A stretch of DNA of 64,000 nt, taken from positions 460,917 to 524,916 of the forward strand of contig NW_003526945.1 in NCBI RefSeq assembly GCF_000181795.1, written 5' to 3'. The DNA is from Trichinella spiralis (Eukaryota). Under the pieces are notes generated by a model, which was not told the DNA's origin, ran no database searches, and was given only the letters and a program-made list of their open reading frames with translations. Below, piece after piece: positions 57,187 to 64,000 of the stretch; the stretch's first letter is position 1; every line of letters begins with the position of its first letter. Position numbers and translations under genes: made by a program.

Positions 57187-58252
57187 TATTCTGATTTTCA
57201 GTGCTGCAGATATATTTTTTATTTGACATCCGAGAGACGGGAGTCTTTAGTAAATCATTTGGTTAATCCCCCTTTGTTATATTTTTCTTTTTGTTAAGAC
57301 CCGTTTTATTTACTTTTTACGCATTTTCACTTATCAGTTTTATGTAAAAAGCACTGACATGAAAAAATTGGCATTTGATTGATGCTATTTTTTTACAGTT
57401 TCATGTCAATTGGTTTTTGATGCAGTATGTTAACCATTTTGTTCACTTTATTTTTGAGTAAAAGACAAATTTCAACAACATGAATAATTATTTTTTTGGT
57501 GATGTTTTGTCAATTATTTGAAAATTGTCGCATGATGATTTATTGCAAAATGAAACATGAATTCAGTTTTATTTGGAAATAATCACAAAATGGCAGCTTT
57601 TAGTTGTTCATTCGTTGGTACATTTGTGATTTATGAAACGACACGCATACAAGTAATGATATTTGATCGCCAATTAATTGCTGATGATAATTTTTTTGTC
57701 GTTGTTATCGAATGCGTTGGAACTACCCTAGCAAAAATTGCATGAAATATTGTCAATAAGTGCAGCTTTATTGTTTCAAGCGTATATTTTAATAACTTTT
57801 TGTTCATATTTAAAGTGAGCAGATGTTCCATTAGTATAATATTATTCTTTTTAATGTTGTATACGATTTTATTATTTTTTTTATTGAATTTTATGCAAAA
57901 AATTTAATTTTTGACTTGTAAAGTATGCCGATTACGGTAGTTACAGTAAGTCATATTGTACTTTTTGCATCTTAATTTTACATTTGTTATTTACTTTGTT
58001 TTTTGTGTTATATTTTGTGGTTATTGTGAAATATCTTGCTTCATGAAACACAACTGTGTGTTCACCTCGTTTCGGGTGTTGTTAAAATAGCTTTTAAAAG
58101 CATTGCTCTTCTGGTTAAACTAAATCACTCATTTGTGTAATGTAGTCTTCATCTTGGTTCCACAACTGATGTGGAAAGCATTTTGCTTGAAACAAAATAT
58201 GGGAAATTACTTTTTCTGATGGTTAATGTTGACAATTTTCAGACTAGATAAA

Positions 58253-59952
58253 ATGCACGCGTTGATTATTGATAAACGATTGGAGCCGTTTGCAACACGG
58301 TCGCTTACTCGGTTTGGCAGTGATTCTGTCGTTCAAATTGGCTTTTTGTTGGGTTTCGAATCGGTGTCGGAAACATACCTTTGCTACATCGCCGCATGCC
58401 CGGATCAGTCGGAAGATGGCGAGCACTTTGAAGTGAGTTGAATATTCTCTACTTACTGTATTGTGTGTTGAAAAAGGAATGTTTGCTTTTGAAAAGATTT
58501 TGCGTAAATAATTGAAAAAAGGCTTCATCTGACTTCGACACTGGCGACAGTGTTTTCGTTGTTATGTTGTGTGAAGTTATGTTCGATTGAACGGCTGTTT
58601 TTGCAGAGATGTAGATTTTAACATTTTTGTGGTGTTTTTTCAGCAAATGGACAACAGTTTGGTTGCAATTTTCGAGACGAGTGACGAACGAAAAGCCGAC
58701 AACACCTCAAAATTGACCACACAACAGTGGATTTACAGTCAAGCCCGTCAGTTGATTCGCATGCTGCCGGGTGGAATTGAAATTGTCGGCTTGTACGTGG
58801 TTGGATCCAAGCTGAGTGAGGATTGGATCAAGTCGATGAATTTGTCAGTTTTCAACCGAATCCGCAAGCTGCGCAATCGTCAGTACTCGGCGGGCAGTCA
58901 GTTTACTAGCAGTTGCAGACGGCTATTTCTGATGAGCGCACCCGACGGCAGCGGGCAGTCGTGCTCTGTGAGAGTTGTCGATTTTTCTAGCAACCCTACT
59001 TGCCTGGTGCCATGCAAATTTCTATTCAGAGACAACATTGAATGGTGTCGTTTTTCAGTTCAGCTGTTTATTCGAAGTGATGCGTTTTTACCGGTGGAAA
59101 TGGAAACTTGGAACTTTTTCAAAAAGTTCCTCTACACCGTCAGAAATGCTTGCATTGATATAGAAGAATCAAGGATTCATTTTAATGGTCGTTCGATGGA
59201 CAAGGATCAGTCGGTGAGCCGTTTGATGGCAGCTGATCGCAGTATCGAAGGTACGATAGTTTTTAACGAATCTTCGGAATCGTTCGAAACCGACCAAGTG
59301 GAAATGGATGAATGTTGCGGCAAAATGAGCATTCAAGGTTCGTGCTCATCAATTTTTTTCGTATTTTTGCACCCACGCTCTTTCTGGAATTGAATTTCAA
59401 AACTGACGTATTTCAGGGGTGATTGCCTGTGAAGCGTGGGTCCCGTCGACCGCTAGTGTAAAAGAGCTTAGTGCATCGTTGAAAATGGACATCCTGCGCA
59501 GTGTGTACGTCCGCGGTGAGCTGCATTACGAAGGTCTGATGGTCGGCGAGCTGGAACCGGAACCGAACGTGGTTCACCAATTGCCGAGACGAGTATTCAC
59601 GTCTCTGCGACCGAGAAGTGAGATCAGCATTTGCGATTATTTGTTTGAAAACGATCCCGGCTTGGAAACGGTCGAAGCGATCAAAGAATTTTTCATGATC
59701 GAACTGAATTTGAAACGCTTTGACACTGAACGCGAATCGCTGGTGTCCGCTGAACGTCTGCTCAGTTGCATGGAAGAAGACTATTTGCAAGATGAAGCCG
59801 TCGAAGTGGAGAAGTCGAAACGTGCCCAACAAAACGTCGACCAACGCATGTCTGCGTCGTATCTGATACTTTCACTGTCCATTTGCATTGTATCGGTGAT
59901 TTTGTTTTACATTGTGAAAACTCTTTTCAGCGCTCATGCTCTGGAAGAGTGA
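58253..59952 (+). CDS. odr-4: ODR-4 homolog (tail-anchored ER protein, GPCR trafficking factor), 3 exons
   Basis: Exons approximately 58253-58432, 58644-59337, 59417-59952. Motifs QIGFLLG, QARQLIRMLPGGIEIVGLYV, LKMDILRSVYVRGELHYE, HQLPRRVF, CDYLFEND, and a single C-terminal TM segment (YLILSLSICIVSVILFYIV). Confidence 0.9.
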
Positions 59953-60095
59953 TTTCACTTGGTGAAGGTAAATTCATTTGAAAACTATTTTGCGTTTTGC
60001 AAAGTATTCTCACTATGTAGATTCACGTTTATTAGAACAATTTTTCTCTTTCTCAACAATCACAATCTACCTAGTGCAAATGTTCAAGATTTGGA

Positions 60096-62596
60096 CTACA
60101 TGAACGCGCAAAGTTTGTCCAATAAGAGCGGATTGAAATCGCTGAGATGCATCAATTCCAACTGTCCCTCTTCACGCCGGGCTGCAAATAGTCGAAAACA
60201 TTGTATCTATCGGTATTGGTTCTGTTCTTGTTTACCTTTTTCGTGTTGGATCCAGTTCTTAGCAATCATGTATTCGATGTAGCTTCGAGCTTCGGCTTCG
60301 GTGTACTTTTCAATGTGAATAGGAACGAACGGTTCCAACAGTTCGAAGCCCTACAAATTCCACAACGTATCCTCCAGTAAGTCTAGCACAAATAATGTTG
60401 TGCAAGAACAAAAGTTGCTCACTTCTCTGCCGAGTAAAAACAACGGCAAATAAGATGGGCGTTCCAAGTAAAGATACTGCCGACTGTCGACAGTCACTAC
60501 AACAATTCCATTATTCTGAAAAAGCACCAGAATGGAAAAAAAACAATTGCCTCAAACGAAGAGAATCAAACATACCCAGTCGTTTTTCAGCATCTTTTTG
60601 AAAGCGTGAACCAGCGACAAGCAAGAAGCCTCAGCCTTCAATGAATCATTTTTCCAATGTAATACATAACATTTGAAAAAAGTAATCAAATTTTACAAAA
60701 GTTTTATCAGCACGTTTCACTCGACTGAGGGTGAAGAATGAATTCACACAATCGACAGATACGAATAATTTGCACCTGAAAATGCAAACAAACAAACAAA
60801 CATACATACATACATACATGATGAATTTAGAAGAAAATGGACAATAAATAAACTTTTCATTCGTTGCGTTCAGCTTCAATTCCTTCAGCAACACACCGAC
60901 ACAATCTGTAGCAAATTTCGGCCTAGCAATGCCCAATTCAACAACAGACATCAGAGGCTCGTCGCATTTCGTCGAATCCCTAGCACCCCAAACGTAATCT
61001 TTGCTTGTTTTCATCTTCAATTAATTACTTGAGTTATTATTTTGAGAAAATTTCAAAAAAAAGAAAAAATCTTCAGAATTTTACACCGAGAGCCCTTATA
61101 CGTGCTTCGTTTCGTCGCTTAAACACTTCCAACCAGGCAGCCGCATCCAATGGCATATCAATACGCCCGGATTTCCACGTCGAAATCGAAACTTCTTTAA
61201 AATTGTGAATCCATTTTCGAGCTAAAACAGTTCAAGTAAATAACAAATAATAAATAACAATAAACATACCGAAAGGAACATGACAAACGATAAAATCATT
61301 CATATAAGCCCAATGGAGTGCCTGGCACAAGGTGGTCGTTTTTCCAGTACCAAATTTTCCAAACAGAACATATCGAACAACTGGAGCTGTCGGATTCATG
61401 CAGCTCATGCAGTTCACCAAATCTAGCAACTGTGATCGAAGTATGAACTGACATTCTGAGAAAGTATCAACCTACAGAAAACATCCAGATAAAAAAACAA
61501 GCATACGAAGTTAGAAAATCAACATACTTGCTTCAAATAACCCAAAGGCAACGCTTTTTCCAATGCAAGTGCGTCGTAAACCGAATTATCAATACGATAC
61601 CATTTTGATTGATTTTTCGCCTTAAACAAGTAAAAATTTTCACTGTAAAATTCAACGCATTTGCAAAATAATGCAAAACAATTGACATAATGCAATTTTT
61701 AATATATTTATATTCAGTAATCATATAATTTATAAAATAAAATACGAAGTAATGAATTAACAAACTTTTAAAGTCTACACATCAGATTTATAATTACAAG
61801 TGCAATTTGGAAAAAGTACAGTATAAAAGATCGAACTTGAAAATCAATTGCAAAATACAAAAGAATGTTCAGATAATTTTAAAGTTCAGTTCATGAAATT
61901 TAGTTGACCCATGCAGATAAGCAGAATGAACCTGTTAAGCTAAAGTATCTGGTGCAACCAAGAAACAAAGGAAAATAAATAAATAATTTGGATGCATGAA
62001 ATTCCCATATTAAGCATCCCATTAATCAACAATTCAATAAACTAAATTTCAAAAATACAAACTCTATGAAAGACCTTGCCTTCAGGCATCTGCCTATATA
62101 AAAAACACACAAATGAATTTACTAATGCATTTATAAAGGTAGAATAGCTACACAATATATGCTACTTCGCTTTTCAACAAAATCTAGTAACACTGATAAA
62201 AATAATGAACAGCTATTCATATAATGTAAACAAAGAGTTGAATTCAGTTTAACGTAAACAATTTTGCAAAACTAAAAGTACTATGCACTGGAAATTCACT
62301 TTTTGAGATATTATCTTCCAATACAAAATTACAATTACAAAAAACAATGTTAGATAATCATAGACGTTTTAATAATCATAGCAGAGTTTTCTTTTACAAA
62401 TTCTACTGATAGTTAATTTCTCTGCCTTTCATTGTACATAAAAGGTGCTTACAAACAATGCTGATTTGGGTAAGCGATTTAATGCGTCAGTAAACAAGCA
62501 ATAATGCATAAAAGTTTCTACCTGAAACACAAATTTTGGTGCTGCAAAAGAAACATTGCGCTTCGCTAAATTAGTCGCAACACAGATCAGCTTCAT
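60096..62596 (-). CDS. dap-3: Mitochondrial ribosomal protein S29 / death-associated protein 3
   Basis: P-loop RYVLFGKFGTGKTTTLCQALHWA; GRIDMPLDAAAWLEVFKRRN; YVWGARDST...LMSVVELGIARPKFATDCVGVLLKELK; GFELLEPFVPIHIEKYTEAE; C-terminus HLSDFNPLLLDKLCAFM*. Exons are firm from 61620 down to 60096. The 5' exon at 62596 (MKLICVATNLAKRNVSF, presequence-like) is tentative. Confidence 0.88.
60785..60819. repeat. (CAAA)n(CATA)n tetranucleotide repeat in a DAP3 intron
   Basis: Read directly. Confidence 0.85.
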
Positions 62597-63263
62597 AATA
62601 ATTAAACTAAAACGATTAAAAAAGTTATTTGAAGTAGGGTTGAACAGTTATTAAAATGATACAAAAGAAAATCATCAGAAAAAAAACTTCAATTTCAAAA
62701 ATGATATATAAAAAATTACAAGTATTCAAATAACACAGAACATGGCATTTCAAATGAAGAAAAAAAAGAATTCACAATGGAAAAAATATATAAATATTAC
62801 GGTCAACCGCTTTATGGATTTTCAAGTAGACGGTTGTTTCACTTTTTCTTCGTGGCAGTTATACGTTGTATGTAATGTGCGCACGAGTTACTGATGTGAC
62901 AATCGATTTTAGCGTTCATAAATACTGTTTAAAAAAATATCATTCAACAGTTGCTTTGTTCGTCAGATAAATTACGTTTTAGCTAACAGTTTTACGAGAT
63001 TTATGCATAAGATGCTTTTCCGTTTGCCAGAAATTGTTCTGCTGAGTAGCTAAAGGCGATTTAAGTACAAAGGGGAAATCTAGAAATGATAAACTGTCCA
63101 TATTTGCAGTTTTCAGCTAAAACTAGGAGTGACAACTACAGAATGTCAGCATCGAAATATTTGAGTATTCTTTGAAAATCTTTCTTGTTTGCAATCAACG
63201 ATTTTAATTTAATCTCTCTTATGTTTCTTTTGTTCACTTTCACCAGTGTTATTGTTTTCTTCC

Positions 63264-63651
63264 TATAGAACCGCCAATTGGCCACCGGCGCCGCGGACCA
63301 ATCGAAGATGAAAGGATCCGAACCCGGGCGGCTTACTGGAAGCCGACGGTGATTCAGATCGGCGCCTCAGATATCGAGCGTTCCCACGTCGAGCAAGTTG
63401 CCCATTGGCAGTTCGATTGAACTACCCGCCGAGCCGCTGACCCCGGGGCTCTATATATAGAGCCATGTAGAGCGCCGCCGAAGTAGTAGTAACTGAGAGC
63501 AGTAGTAGCACCCGTCGTGCGTATCGTGGTAGCGCATCGTGGAGCACATCCCGAGAATCCAGAAGACGTCAACTGGAGAGGATTGAAGCCAGACAGAAGT
63601 TGAGGACCCGAAAAGCACCTTACGACCGAGAAGGTTACGCCCGTGTCTACA
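63264..63651. mobile_element. Solo-LTR-like GC-rich insert (about 388 bp)
   Basis: Abrupt GC-rich block within AT-rich DNA. Ends TATAGA...TCTACA are one mismatch from a TGTAGA/TCTACA terminal inverted repeat. Internal CCAAT boxes and a TATA-like TATATATA. No target-site duplication found. Confidence 0.5.
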
Positions 63652-64000
63652 CAGTTATACAGCTCACTGTCGTTTTATCTCACCAGCGAACGGCTGGCAA
63701 AATTATACTTGATTATCATTTACTATCTGCTGTAACTGCCGATACAGCAATTATTGATAATAAAAGTTTTAGGAATTATGAAGTTCATTTATTTCGTAAA
63801 AGTATTAAATGAATTAATTATTTATAATTATTATTTTACTATATATTGTTTTCCTTCCTATAGTATTTAAATATTTATTCCAAATAGTATTTATTTTATA
63901 ATTTTTTGTCAATATTTGAAGAATATCTTAAAGAAATTAAAGAACATTTTTAATTCATATGCATTATTACTTGCTTGTGCTTCATGTATACTGTACATAA

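Overview
AT-rich eukaryotic genomic DNA with compact genes and many short GT-AG introns, often with TTTTCAG/TTTTAG acceptors. This layout and the gene content suggest a nematode, most likely a clade I parasite such as Trichinella (inference, not verified). Splicing the exons by hand gives 12 recognisable protein-coding genes: a NIP45/Rad60-type tandem SUMO-like protein (-), ELMO/ced-12 (-), a small secreted PLAC/ShK-like cysteine-rich protein (+), COUP-TF/seven-up NR2F (+), a SWEET sugar transporter (+), a tandem-C2 synaptotagmin-like protein (+), HNF4 NR2A (+), a two-pore K+ channel with two fibronectin-III domains on its C-terminus (-), a divergent Arp3 (-), GOLPH3 (+), ODR-4 (+) and DAP3/MRPS29 (-). 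There is also a possible unidentified gene at the left edge, several microsatellites and a GC-rich solo-LTR-like insert near the right edge. The most notable observations are the K2P-FN3-FN3 architecture, the PLAC+ShK secreted protein, the Arp3 with an altered C-terminal tail and a 19-bp hairpin in the COUP-TF 3' UTR. No tRNA, rRNA or CRISPR was recognised. All product calls come from recalled motif similarity; no database search was run.
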